Source: Tubiluchus corallicola (Eukaryota > Animalia > Priapulida). Taken from it: a stretch of DNA of 64,000 nucleotides. Shown here piece by piece: positions 23,804 through 48,000 of this stretch; position 1 is the stretch's first letter, and the number at the start of each line of letters is the position of its first letter. The stretch spans positions 186,001 through 250,000 of the forward strand of contig JAQGDQ010000260.1 in NCBI GenBank assembly GCA_030141605.1. The letters are read 5' to 3'. The notes under the pieces are model-generated. The model saw only the letters and a program-made list of their open reading frames with translations, searched no databases and was not told where the DNA came from. A program made the position numbers and the translations under genes.

Positions 23804-26093
23804 CGAATTTCACCAGGAACAAATAATGAAAAATATTTCAAGAGAATTGATTCAAGCGTGGTTTCTTTCAAAACACAAAAATTGAATGCCGGATAGACCA
23901 CTTGCAGTAGTGAATGCAATTCAAACAGTTAACTGCGATTGTCAGCACATGTTGTCCGGTGACAGTGTAAACTGTGCACTAAGCACTATGCAAAATTCAC
24001 CTACTATTTACAAGCACTCGTCCAGTGCAGTGGCATCTGTTAGTTTAGCGACTGTAGGCCTATATTGCAAACTATCACACCAGGCTGAAAGTTTGTTGTT
24101 TCATACGATTAGAAAGCCTGTGAAATTCTTAATTACCTAATCTTGTGAATTTTTTGTCAGGCATTTAAATAAAAAAAGTCATTTCCAGAATGCCAATATT
24201 TTGACAAAATACTGTACTCCATGTCCTTTTAAATTTACACCCTGTGAAACGAAATCTATAACTTAATTTTTTGGTTATTTTATTAATTGATTTCCAATTA
24301 TAAAAAGTAATTTAAATGATGAGACTACATAAATTAACCAAAGTCTTAGACGACAGTGAACATTAAATAAATAATAGCATAATAATAATACTTGCATGCC
24401 CAGACGTGTAATGTGACTGAATATTAATTATGAATAGACGACTTTTTTTAGACATTGCAGCAGCAAGAAATAAAAATGGTATTTTCATGCGATAGACGAG
24501 CCACGCAGAAGAATAATTTTGTGTGTCATTGCCGTATGTGAGTAAGCTGAAACCACTTCATTTCATACAAAAGAATGCATATATGTATGCATAAGTCCCT
24601 ATAGATGTTTTGTATCTAACATTTTTTCTCAAATTCGCACATCTTCGAATAAAGTAGCCAACTATTTTTTGTGTTTTCCAGATTTGGCCTAGAATAATGC
24701 CTGCCTACACTCAAATGCCTTTTCTAACATTTGTTTTATTCTTTCATTTGAGAAGGTACTCTTGCAGCATCTCTGCTAAGTCAGGCAAGGAGTAAAACAA
24801 AATTTAATCTTTTTTCACAAAGTACTTGTAATTTCTTTTTATTTGTAATTTCCCTTTACTTTTACTGTTATGTGACTGTCTTGATTATTCTCATAATTTC
24901 ACTTGCTTTCTTTAGTTTACAACGTTTTTCTTTATAGCTCCATTTCAAATTATTTTGTTAATGCACAAAATGTTTGTTTACTAAGTAAGATTGAGCTGTC
25001 TTGTTTTTTATTTCTTTATGGAGGTGCAGTTTTTTTCTAGACAAATTTTTCTTTTCCATCGTGATTTTTACATCACAGCCAATCCTAATTGTTTGTTTGA
25101 TTGGATATTCTGTTATTTATCAGTCATTTCTTTTACTAGTCTCTTTTTAGGTTATGGAGGCATTATTTTGCTTTGAATTTTTTATAATCTATCGTTTGTT
25201 GCAACAGCCATGCACAGTCCCAGTTCAGTAAACTGTTAACATATATCCCAGTAAGAAGTGTGTAAATTATAATTTAATTTATGTATATAAGTTATTAATA
25301 TTTTTAAGTTAACATGCCTGTATCTTTTCCAGTTCAGCCTACTCATCTCATTTATATATAATTCACATAAATTAGTTCAGTCTAATTTATATCTGGCAAT
25401 CCTTCATAATTAATTACAATATCTGGTCATGGTTTCAAACTTTGATATAAATTTCATGTTGCATCGCATGAATTTAATGCTTTTTTTCCTAAACCAAATT
25501 CAACACTTATAATTATTTGATTGCATGGTTATTTTTTATTTTTTACGTTTTTTATTAAAATTATAATTTATAACAATATACCTGTTTTCACGTTCACCTA
25601 ATCACCAAATTGTTTATATTTGACTTTATTTGTGTGTTTGCCATATGATATCTCTTTCAACTTTTTCGGTAGAATTCCTTATAATATTGTTTTAATTCTC
25701 ATGTGTTTTATTCAGTTAAAGCAAGAAGTGCCAGGAAGCTAAGAACGCCAATTCTCCACATCTCAACAGAAGCATCCCTCAAAGGCTTGCAACCTCAATT
25801 TATCAAAACATTAATATCAATGTCACTAAATAAAATGTACAATTCATTATAATTGATCAATTAATTGTTTTGCAGATAATATAAAGTTTTGTTTCTACGT
25901 ATCTGTGGTTTTCACGTTCTTGGACTAAATACTCTTGTGGCGCTTAAAAGCTTTCGTAAATTATAGACGAAAATTTGCTGCCATACTGCATTTCTTTGCT
26001 TACAGGTTGCTGTGTGATTGTACATAAAAATCGAAAGTTGATATTATTGTAATTATTACTACTAGTAGAAAGATTCTTATTACAGTTAGCAAA

Positions 26094-36969
<10,876 letters not shown>

Positions 36970-37006
36970 CTGATGTAAAAGGAGTAGAATTCTACTTGTA
37001 CTGAAG

Positions 37007-38872
37007 GTAATGTTCATTGATATAATCATTTTATTAGCATTTGGCTGTTAAATATTTAGGTTTATCTGCAAAAATGCAAAAAAATATTTTAAAGTTTGAA
37101 CTGTGAAAACTGCTAAATTACTCTTTGCAATTATTTTCACGATGCAAACCTACCAGGGCATTTAATCTAAAAGCACTACACTTAGAATGATTTCCCCTAG
37201 TTCCACCTCATATCTAAGTACCAGTGAATGAACTTGATGAGTTAATCACCCCAATTTGGTCTGTGTGAGAATTTGAAATGTGGATTTTGACTGTTTTCAC
37301 TTTTAAAATTATCTAAGCTAACATTAGTGTACACTGTATTGATGAGATTCTGTGAAGCCATAACCTTTGCGCTAGAAACACTAATTGAAGTACGTTCTAT
37401 CTAGAATAGATGTTTCTTGTGTACACTTATTTCTTTAGCCTTTTTATTCTGAAGCTGCTTGAACTGTTAATTGCTTAACGATGTTTGTTATTTTTTCTGT
37501 ATCTTTCGGACTTAGACATATTTGATTTTCATTTGAAGCTCTGCAAAAATAATAGCCTCAAGCATTAATTACCTTTTTAACAAATATTAATTAGGTTCTC
37601 ATGTAGCATCCCATATAAACTGACAGAGTTTAAGTCATTCCTCAATCACAAAAGGCAGCATGCTCTAGTGGTTTGGTGGTGTTGGGCTTGTAATCTAAAG
37701 AATCATCGTTCAAATCCAGGCACAAACAGTTTTTCTATACTAAAATAAAATGAATTTCTAACTACGTTTGGTGGTAAGCTACATTCTTTATGAGTTAGTG
37801 AGTTCAGAAAGAGAAATGAGCATTTAAACTCATCGAGAATGATAGCTTATTTTGGAAAGAAGTTTGAAATAAACATTATTCTAGTATAGTGAAAGCATTT
37901 GCTATGTTATTTTGCCAGTGGGTATTTAAATCGCGAATTTATTAGAACGTAGCTGTACTAGGAGGTTTGTATTATATCTTAATAAAATAAATATTTAGCA
38001 TTTTGTCATGGTGCATTGTTACTAATGAAACAGTGTTAAGGTCCATTGTTCAGTTATCATTTCTGTTAATGAATCTTATTTTTTAGGCATCATGTTAAAA
38101 CTGAATACAGTGAAGACAAATAGGCTGCAAAACAGAAAGCCTGGTGATATAGAACAGAGTGTAGCACTTTACAACTAGGCTAAAACTGACAGTGGGGAGG
38201 AGCAACAGCACTTTTAGACATATCCTGTAGGCCTGTATGGACACACCCTGTAGGCCTGTATGTAGGCAGGTTCAACCAACCAAGCCAGCTACGATGGCTG
38301 TATGGACACACCCTGTAGGCCTGTATGTAGGCAGGTTCAGGCAACCAAGCCAGCTACGATGGCTGTACAGACAAACCCTGTAGGCCTGTATGTAGGCAGG
38401 TTCAGGCGACCAAGCCAGCTACGATGGAATTAACAATTTTTAACGAAACCGCTCTTAAATAGTTCCTTGCATAGTGTACCAGAAAATAACAAGATAGATG
38501 GTGTAGTCATCAGACCAGCAAAAAGTTCGCGTTCGTAGAGCCATCAATCGAAATAGTAGCAACGTGTGGAAGTGTATCTCAGTGAATAACATTGATGCAT
38601 TTAGTACATATAGAAGATGTATATATTTGTCTTTGTTTTATTGACTGCATCCTTCAACCTTTTTTGGGACGTTTTTGCAGTACATCTGATTCTGTGTATA
38701 TATAGCCTTCATGAGAATTTTTCATTACCTTTTCTGGATTACATTACTTTTGCTAAGGTTGTGCATTAATGATGTGCGAATAATAAGCAAATATTGTTGC
38801 CATTTTTGGGTAAAAAAATTCTAGCATTTTTGCCCCATGACATACGTGATGTAAATTTTAGCTTGCAATAAA
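37007..38872 (+). other. hnRNP A/B gene 3' UTR intron (37007-38086) and terminal UTR exon (38087 to the AATAAA at 38867-38872)
   Basis: Donor gaag|gtaatg 37 nt after the stop codon; acceptor cttattttttag|gcat; AATAAA followed by a GT/T-rich tract. Confidence 0.65.
38233..38427. repeat. 65-bp tandem repeat x3 in the predicted hnRNP 3' UTR
   Basis: ctgtatggacacaccctgtaggcctgtatgtaggcaggttca..caaccaagccagctacgatgg at 38233, 38298 and 38363, with a partial unit just upstream. Confidence 0.93.
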
Positions 38873-39939
38873 ATTTAGTTTAAATCCTGATCGTGTTTCT
38901 TGGAGCTGCCATTTTTATTAGCCACAATTTTTTAATTTAGTCTTTTTTCTTTTTGTTAAAATGACTTTTACTCAAAAGGTATTAATATTTCTTGCAAATG
39001 TGAAGCCTTAAGTACCAGTTGAAACACAAGTAGTTTATTTTGTACTAAAATCTGGTTTCACATCAACTCTTAGTGGCACTGTAACTCTTAGTTAGCGATT
39101 TTTTTCTCCTGCTAACTTAGCGTCACATTGTCACATTTATAGCAACTTGGGGAGATTTTCTCGAATCCCCAGCTCGACGTACAAGTAAGTAATGTATGAA
39201 GGTAACTGAAGAAAATCTCTCACGAGCCTCGTTTAGTAGCAACACAGTAGAGTCTCATCCACAATATGCAGGAGGAGGTGGTTCCATTATTGAAAGGGAA
39301 GCAAATGAAGAACAATATTTCGGATGTCGCTCGAGATTTGATCATAACTAGGATAGCTAGAGCTCTAGTTTGTCATAGTGTCTACCAGGCAACACTTAGC
39401 AAGACTAACATACTAGGCCTATAGGCTTATTCACTAGCGAAATAATCAGGTAACGACGCTTATGGAATTTTTGTGTTTTTGTTTTGTTTCCACTTGTAAT
39501 AGTATAATTCGTTTTTACTCTAATTATGGTTCGTACAAAATCGTCTTTCTTAACCTATTGTTTGCATATTTGCGAAAAAGAATTTAGTGTGTATTCACTA
39601 GGTAAATATCATGATTTTGCAGTTGAGGCAGGCTGTCCAAGCTACATTGTTGCATTTTTGGAGAAGTCTGCAGAGAGAGAAAACATCACTGAGCGATGAA
39701 CAAAGCAGCACGCCAAAGACTTTACGCAACTTTCCCTTTACAAAAGAGGAACTTTCAAAAGGTGAGTTATGTGTTTCTTTCGATTTGCCAATATGTGTGA
39801 CGAAGGTTTACTAAATCATTTTTATGTAAATCTACATTGCATTTGATCTCTTTCAACAGAATGATTTGAACTTACATGAAATGTTGTATAATATAGTAGT
39901 TTTCAAAAGCACTTATCAACACTAACCGGAACAAGATTA

Positions 39940-40475
39940 CCGTGTTTATTCCAGTATAACGCGCACCCCTAATTTTCGATTAAAATTCGGTATAAAATTT
40001 TATTTCACTTTTTCTCGGCTCAGACCAAGCATTGTAAGTGACAAACGTTGTTGAACACGTGGGTTGTTGAACAACTCCAGTCTCTAACATTTGTCTCTGG
40101 TACAGTGAATTCTCGGCTAGCTGCTGGATAAACGTTATAACTCTGGATATTGGTAATTGTGCAAAACATGCAATGCTTAACTCGCAGTGTGGGCCAGGCA
40201 CCGTCTGACAAAGTCTGCTGATGACACAAATATTATTGATTATTTCCTTAACTAGGCCTCTGCATCTGCAGTGAGTGTTGGACATAGGCGTTTTGTGGGT
40301 CGAGTGATGTGGCTGCATTCAATGTTTTGCGATTGTGGTCAGCAATGAGTCATTGCACAAATAATATATTGATACATCTAAGCGTGTCACCCTAGCCCTC
40401 GTTTATAACGCGCACCCAAACTTTGAGTTCTTTTCTAGGTAGAAAATTTTGCGCGTCATACTCGAATAAATACGA
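39940..40475. mobile_element. pogo-like MITE
   Basis: ta|ccgtgtttattccagtataacgcgca ... tgcgcgtcatactcgaataaatacga|ta; internal repeat tataacgcgcaccc at ~40405. Confidence 0.8.
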
Positions 40476-41919
40476 TACTTCTTTTTTGAGTGTGGGAAGG
40501 TAGGGCACGCTTGCCAGCTTGATAACAGAAACATAAAATGCAGTCCCAGTTTTTGTCAGGATACTTACTGTGTGACAAACTGTTAAAAAGTATGCAGTGC
40601 ACAAATCTTTTTAGTTGAGAACAGTTGTATCCATTTGTGGAGAAGATTGAGTAATTTATTCCTATAAAACAATGACAGCAAAGATTTCGTGTGTGAGTGT
40701 CTTGGAAAAGTGAGCTATTTTGTTTAAAGAATAATACGCTTTGGTGTGAAATGTTAGCTTTTTTTGATACCTAATGACAGTCATTTTGTTCTTTAGATAT
40801 GGTAACACAAGGAGGACTTGATGAGTAATTATTCCATGAAAACTGGTATCTGATATCGGATTGCTCATGCTTTTTTGACTGTCGTATGGAAGATGGTATC
40901 ATATAGTAATACTGGAAAAAAGTTATTCTGACTCACTTTTTTTAAATTTTTTATGTCGTTTATTATAATGCACATGTTTTGGGTCGCATTTTGAGTGTGA
41001 AAACTAAACAATTAAACAAAATAATTAAATTTATTTGTAACTTACGAAATATTAATTTAAGCATCTCTAAACACAAGACATTTCGAACATTCAGGGGTAG
41101 TTAATGTAACAAGAAAGTGTGGTTTAAAGTAAATTACAAATTGTGAATAATATATGGCAAAAGGTGTTAATGTGGTGTGGATTGAGAGCGTGAATTGAAT
41201 ACTGCAATAAATGTTAATATAACGTTATTTTTACTTTAAATTGTCATTAAAAATAGCGATAGCGTCAGTAATTCCAAATTTTGTTGAAATTCTATAGTAC
41301 ATAAGTTCTACCTGCATAACATAGAATAAAATTACTGATCTCAGAAGTATAATATGTTCTACGGGTCATAAAACCAGACATTCCAAAATGTCTGAGTTGA
41401 GGTAATATTATTTATGTATTGCACCTGTGGTGGTGAATACATTGGTCATACCACCAGGTAATTTAGGTGCTTATTTTTGTTTCGTAATAAATTTGATATT
41501 GTTAACATTGTTCGTAGTTATAGTTTATGTATTGTGTTCAGATATTGGTGAAAACCATTTTTTCAAAAGGTGATACAAAAAAGATTTTCACATACTTTGT
41601 GATGACATAGGATGCAATCATGATGACCAATGTTCAAGGTGACATATGCACAGTACAAATATATAATGTAAAATCACTGCTGAACAATTACAGTTATTGC
41701 AAATGTTTCCATAAACTAAATGGCACATTAGAAGAATTCTGAATGATGCCTACATGACATGGTCATGCTGGTATACTTAAGCTTGATGCCTACCTAGCCT
41801 ACACTTAGCAATGTGGTAAGTAGAACCCATATTGTAGAAGTAAATAAAGCTAAGTGCAATTGGGAGGAATGCTGGCATCATCATTATATAAGCTCCAGTT
41901 GTTAGCTTAAGTGCAGGCC

Positions 41920-41926
41920 TATAAAG
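41920..41926 (+). promoter_or_regulatory. TATA box of the IGFBP-domain gene
   Basis: TATAAAG ~90 bp upstream of ATG 42011. Confidence 0.5.
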
Positions 41927-42010
41927 CACTCAGAAAAATATTGCTTTCGCCACTTCGGCGAAATTAACTCTATTTACGTGGAATTATTGAAGTTCAAGCA
42001 CATAGTCAAC

Positions 42011-45000
42011 ATGAAAGCCATACTTCTGATCTTTTTCGTAGGATTAATTTCAAGGTATGTTCATAAACCTAATTAGTTAAAACCTAATGCTGCTGTTTTG
42101 TTGTTGTCGTTGGTGTAGCTGTTGCTGGTGACGCTGAATTAATGTAATTACATGAGAAACATTGATTTTGATTTCAGTAGGTCTCAAGAAAGAGCGAGTG
42201 GTTTTGCGCGTAGACGTCACTGAGAATCTGGGTTCGATGCCTATTCTGGGCAGTTTCATTCTCCGTATTGATTTTAATCGTAACCTCGTAGAAAGAAGAT
42301 GTATGCACATCTTAACATGGCTAACACTTTCCTGCCAGTTCAGTAGCTCTTAGGGGCAATTCTTGATTACGAGTCGGGTCTGGTCATGCAGAAAACGTGT
42401 TGAGTAGGCCCTAGGTCAGACTAGGTTAGATTCGATATTTATTGACATCTGTCAACTGTAAATACATTGCAAGTGACTAAAAGTTACAGCGGGTCCGGGG
42501 CGAAAAAAATCTTCCACAGAAAACAACTGTTCCAAGTAACATCTGTTCCTAAACAAAAATAAATTACAAATTATAACAACAACAAAAATACAAATAAACT
42601 AGTTTGGCCAAACCATTAGGTATTTATCGTGCAACACAAACCATTGAATGAATGCTAGATTTCGGCTTGCTGAGTACCAAGTGCCTTAAAAAAATTAAAA
42701 ATACAAACTACTATTATTGCCTAGACACAACTAAACTCAACTTCGGCAGTGATATTTTAAGCATCCGCTTCAAGCTTAGCTCACCAAATACCTTAGCACT
42801 GTTCAGAAAGAAGCCGAAAATGGACACTAGAAAAGATTTTTGCCAGAAACCAAAAAAACAACTTTTCAGAAAAAAATCTTCCCGGAAAAGATTTTTTTCC
42901 ACGTATAACCATCATTTCATAAAAATGTAAATTTTACAGAAAATGTAGTAAGTCATTCTTAAAGCACGGTATATATATTACGCTATAGAAAAATATGACG
43001 AAAATATTGTAGTTTAATCTAACTGTGTGTATTGACTGATATGGATCATATGACAAAAAATGAGTTAATTCGTTCAAGCAGTAAAATAAATTTGTACAGT
43101 CAGAATGATTAGGTAACGAACAATGTTGATCGTTGTATAATACGAACACTAGTACTGAGCAGTTGGCTTCAGTGTAAAGTAGCCATTTCTTCCATATATT
43201 AAGCATCTATCTTGTTATTTCTGTTGTTAGTGTTATTGCTGCTACCCAGTGTAACTTCAGTTGTTGTTGTGACTAACAAATGTTGAAAAAACTTTTGCAC
43301 TGTTGTTTCAGTATGGATGAAACTTGCCAGTGTGTGCAATGAAGAAAAGAAATAGTGTGGTAAAACCAAGTATGCAGCTTATACTTGAATGGCGTACTTG
43401 TTCGTCTGTTGGGCAATTTCTTTCAGTGCCATGCCAAATTAATTCATTCACTTCTCGGTATTTAGAGAGCTGCCTTATTATTATTAAAAATGATACAATA
43501 AGCCTTCTATTTGCAGGGCACATACGTACAAAGATGTTAAATAAATCTTTACATTATGTACATTAAATAAATTTTTACATTAAATTCTTCACAGTTACAA
43601 TTTCTTACTAAACAAGCTAACACAACTGCATTACGATTTATTAAATCTAATTACATATCTAATATTTGCGTACAATGTTTATACATGTTTTACTGTATGT
43701 ACAAATAGTATATGTTGTAGCTTCTACATACATAAATAATCTTACATTAATGTCATTCGTATATAATCAATTTACGATAAGATCATTTTGGGTTATTCTT
43801 TTACAATATCTAACTTAAAAGCTGCCTTAAAAACGCTAATCGGTCTGTTGTTGAGTTTCCCTGCCTAGTGGCTTGCGGTGCACCAAAAGCCTGTAAAATC
43901 TTGCAAAGGAGTGGAATTTATTGGGTAAATTTAGGCCCCAAGATATTCACAATTCTTTGTAGTTCATAAAGTATCGGGGTTTTCATTTTCTGCATTGTCT
44001 ATTTTCTGTAATGCAAATCCTATGAACATCAATTGAATTTGAAGTGATTACATCATTAAAACGACTTGAAATTGTAGCAACGAAGCTTTAAAATGAAATA
44101 TTTTTCAAATAAAATTTAAAAAAAAAGATTGACTACTTACGTCATTTTCAAAAATTTCAAGGATTTTCAAAGTCAAAGTTAAAGCGCTGTAAATAAAAGA
44201 TAGGCCCGAGAGGGAGTGAGCAAGAGAGAGACAGAGAGAACGTGAAGAGAGAGAGAGAGAAGGGGGACTGTATGAGAGAGTGATAGAGAGGGGGAGACAT
44301 GTGAAAGGAAAGAAAGAGCAGGTAGAGAAGAAGAGGCAAACTGAAAAAGAGAAATCGAGGGCTTTACCTTACTAAAATAGCAGATGTTATAATTGAAAAT
44401 GTGTTCGTGATTTTTCTGTTAAAAAATCTTTCTGAAAGTTATTTCTCCTCGAAAATGTTTTTTCCGTGAAAAACATTTTCTGGCAAATGAACCTAAACCT
44501 GTTCACTAAACATATGTTCACTTGTTTTCAGGGTTTGTAGCTTGTCATGTCTACCTTGTTATGATGAAAACGGGGAGAATGAATGCGAAGAGTCAGGTTT
44601 TCCTCCACTTACCGAGGAAGATTGCCCTTATGGAGTGGGCACAGATATATGTGGTTGCTGTGACAGATGCTTAAAGGCAAATGCAGCAGTTTTTCCACCT
44701 TTTATTAATAATCAACTTATTTATAATTATTTTTTAAATCTAAATCAAAGTCTTCCAATAACTATGATTTATTATTTACACATTATGCCATAAATATTTT
44801 TTTGGTTTTGCGCAGTATTTTGCTTTCTCGTTATGTGGTATGTACTGAAAAATCAACATTTGCTTCTCTCTGTAGGGACCAGGCGAGCGATGTGGTGGCA
44901 GTTGGAATATATATGGATGGTGTGGAAATGGACTGTCATGTGAACCACCGCTTCCACTGATCACAATCCCTGACAGCGAGGATGATGGGCCAGAGATACT

Positions 45001-45094
45001 AAAACTATTTGTTCTCCCTCCGCCAGATTTGTTCTTCTGTCAAAAAATAGCAGACGTGGAGGACAGTGGGCCGTGGGTTGATAGCACTGACTGA
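42011..45094 (+). CDS. Secreted single insulin-like-growth-factor-binding-domain protein (SIBD/perlustrin-like), 135 aa
   Basis: Exons 42011-42054 (signal peptide MKAILLIFFVGLIS), 44532-44676 and 44876-45094. The product has the IB-domain motif D.CGCC..C.KGPGE.CGG......C..GL.C and 12 Cys in the predicted mature region. Intron 2 needs a GC donor (aag|gcaaat). Confidence 0.85.
44210..44340. repeat. GA-rich low-complexity tract
   Basis: Imperfect (GA)n. Confidence 0.8.
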
Positions 45095-48000
45095 TTGTTT
45101 TGGAGTTTCGACCAGCATTTTTTTCAGTTTATTGGAAAAGTAATAAATATACAGTAGCTACATCTGTTACTATATAGCAAGGCATTAAATATATCGATTG
45201 CAAATTTGTTCACATATCAGCTACAAGAAGAGTACAGAGCAGAGCAAAAAAAAATAATAAAACGGTAAGAAAGACGCAAAAAGATATAAAATTAAATAAG
45301 GAGTGAGAATTGAGGACAAAAGCTTCTGTAATCATGCGCCATTTTTAATTTAAGCCCAGTAAATGAGTTTTATTTCTAGCAATTATTATATTAGTACAAC
45401 ATACATGTATTTATAGTTCATACATAGCGAAATGTTGAATAAAACTGTATATTCATTGCTATGATTTTTATGCACATTTTATTTCTGTTTAGTGCATTGC
45501 TTACGTGCTTGCCTTTTGCAAACAATTCGGCACATTGCAGCTAGCTAATATTTAGCATTCAACAGCATGATGATGACTTTTGACGTTCAGAGCAAATGCC
45601 CTCCTTTTACGTTCCGAGTAGCACTTCTACCATTGGTCATTGATGACTAAAAAATTTTACCTTTGCGAGGGGGGAAACGGGCGTCCCCCTCTAATAACCC
45701 GGTAAGTGGTTGTTTCAGACAAGACAGACGACCTGCAAATAATAAACGCAGGCAGGCGAAAACAAATGTTTTTGACACATAGATTAATCAGAACTCTAAA
45801 CACTTTTATTAAAACCTATAAAGATACAAAATAACACAAAACTCTTTGTAAAAAAATAAACACAAAAGCGATTTTCTTTCCGTCTGCTAAAAGTAGTTCT
45901 CAACTCCCCCGCCTCTTTGCGAAATAGTTCCACATTAAAAAAAGAAGAAAATTGTTGTTCCCTACGTTCCTCGTGAATATTTAACTGATTCGCAACGACC
46001 ATTCAATCATTGTGCCGACACTGGAATCTACCTCATTAACAAACTTAAAACGGTCACCTGCATGACTTGAATTCGATTCTAAATCTGATTAATCAATCAT
46101 GTAATTCTCCAGGATATTTTGGATTTATGACTGACGGATTCAAGGATGATAGTTCAGCTTTTCTTTATTAAATTAAATTATAAATTTTAATAAGCAAATC
46201 AGGTATTTCAAAGCCCATTTCAGACTCCTCCGTCAGTGTTTTAACGAGCTTTTAAAACACATCAACATGACAAAATGACAAAAATAACCCATTCTATGAA
46301 ATCAATGGTTATATTGTTTAAGTTATCATATAATTCAAATCATGGTACAAGAATTCTGAACAAAAAAATAGTCTACACTTATAAAAAATCTCACAGAATA
46401 GACACAATTGTCAGAATACTCTTCAAATTTTGAAATGTGTATATCTGTTTTAGAAGACTTTCAAAAAACAGGAGTCTAAAATGAGTTTCGTGATAACTAT
46501 TTTGTTTCTTGAAATGTAGAATTTAATTTGTTCAAAAAGCTGGAATATCATCCATGATATTGACATTTATATTTATGTCTATGGATTTACATATACGTAT
46601 GCGTATATAATGCGAGATTTTTTCAGCTACTAGGTAGACAAGCGGACGAGTAACACATCAAGCAAGCCGTCTCGGTCTCCCGTGTTTACATAGGGGGTTA
46701 ATTTTTTGTTTCGAAATGTTTCAAAACCCCCAAAGAGGACGTTTTTTTGGCTGTTGGTTAACTGAGATCTGAAGAACGAGACAGCAAGAGCCGGGGTGCT
46801 ATATTGCTGGAAAGCGCATTCAATGTAGGGTTTAATACTTTGGTTTCCCGGGAGGCCCACCCCTTCACAACAACTGGCATTTTTCCTTAAACACCTGATT
46901 GTTTCGAAAGTTTGACCAAACACAATCTGCAAAAACGCTCTTGCGTTCTCACTTGTCGCATTTATGAACATTTCTGCCAGAGCCCAGAGTTTTTTCTCAA
47001 GTAGAAGGCTGCGTTGTTTGCGGTCATCGCACAGCATTCTACTTGTAGACTTTACTGCTACTAAATTGGCTGTGTTATGTCTGTTAAGCCTTTTACCATC
47101 ATTACGAGAGCGTTACGTAGAATGTTCACGCATTAATGATTATCAGTGGATGAGTTTAATAGTGTTTGTCATGTCAATTTTTCGATTATGCGCAGAATAT
47201 TTTTGCAGGGTTTCGCCATGCTGTTAACGTTGGTTAATTCTGATTTTGCTACATTTGCTGTTGTCAGAGGCGGCGGCAGTGACAGCATTGCATATTGGGG
47301 GTTGTTTTAGTGTGGCACGATGTTCGCGATGTCGTGTGGATAGCATGACGTGTGTAAACGGGATTGCAGATCACTCAAACGTCAAACGAGTATATGTAGA
47401 AACTTACACGTCATCGTGTAACGTATTTTATTCATCATATAAAATAACATTATAATTATGTATTATAAATTATAATATTATAATAATATGATATTGATGT
47501 AGTTGAAAGCATGGCTCAGTGTACTGATAAATTTATTTCTAAAGAATTACTGGGCAACAGTGACATGGAGGATTTGGATATAAAAAGATTTGTATTGCAT
47601 TTTCGTTCGCATTTTAATCTTAACACACTATTGTGTGTTGTGTGTTTTTCAGTTGAGGTAATCATTTATTTCTTACCAATGCTTAGCATCGTTAAACTTG
47701 GCTGTTAAGCCGGCTTTCACGGCGCTCGCGACTTCGGCGATTATCCGAAAATTTCCAAATCCGAGTCGCCAAATACTCGCCAACAGTTTGCTAAGCAGTC
47801 ACAAAGAAGTCGCGGCTCCGCAATGGGACATTGGCATAAGGAATTCCTACAATAATCTGAAAAATAAGAGATTAACAACAACAACAACAACAACAACAAT
47901 AACGCACCGAAGAGGGTTTGAAATAGTTACTAATGAACTAATGCTCGTAATTATGTACATTTAAGTCCCTCTCCTTAGTGACCTAGGCTCCGACAATCAA

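Noticed and set aside
37655-37725. tRNA-like sequence (A-box and gttcaaatcc B-box-like motifs)
   Set aside because: No complete cloverleaf; at most a decayed tRNA-derived SINE head.
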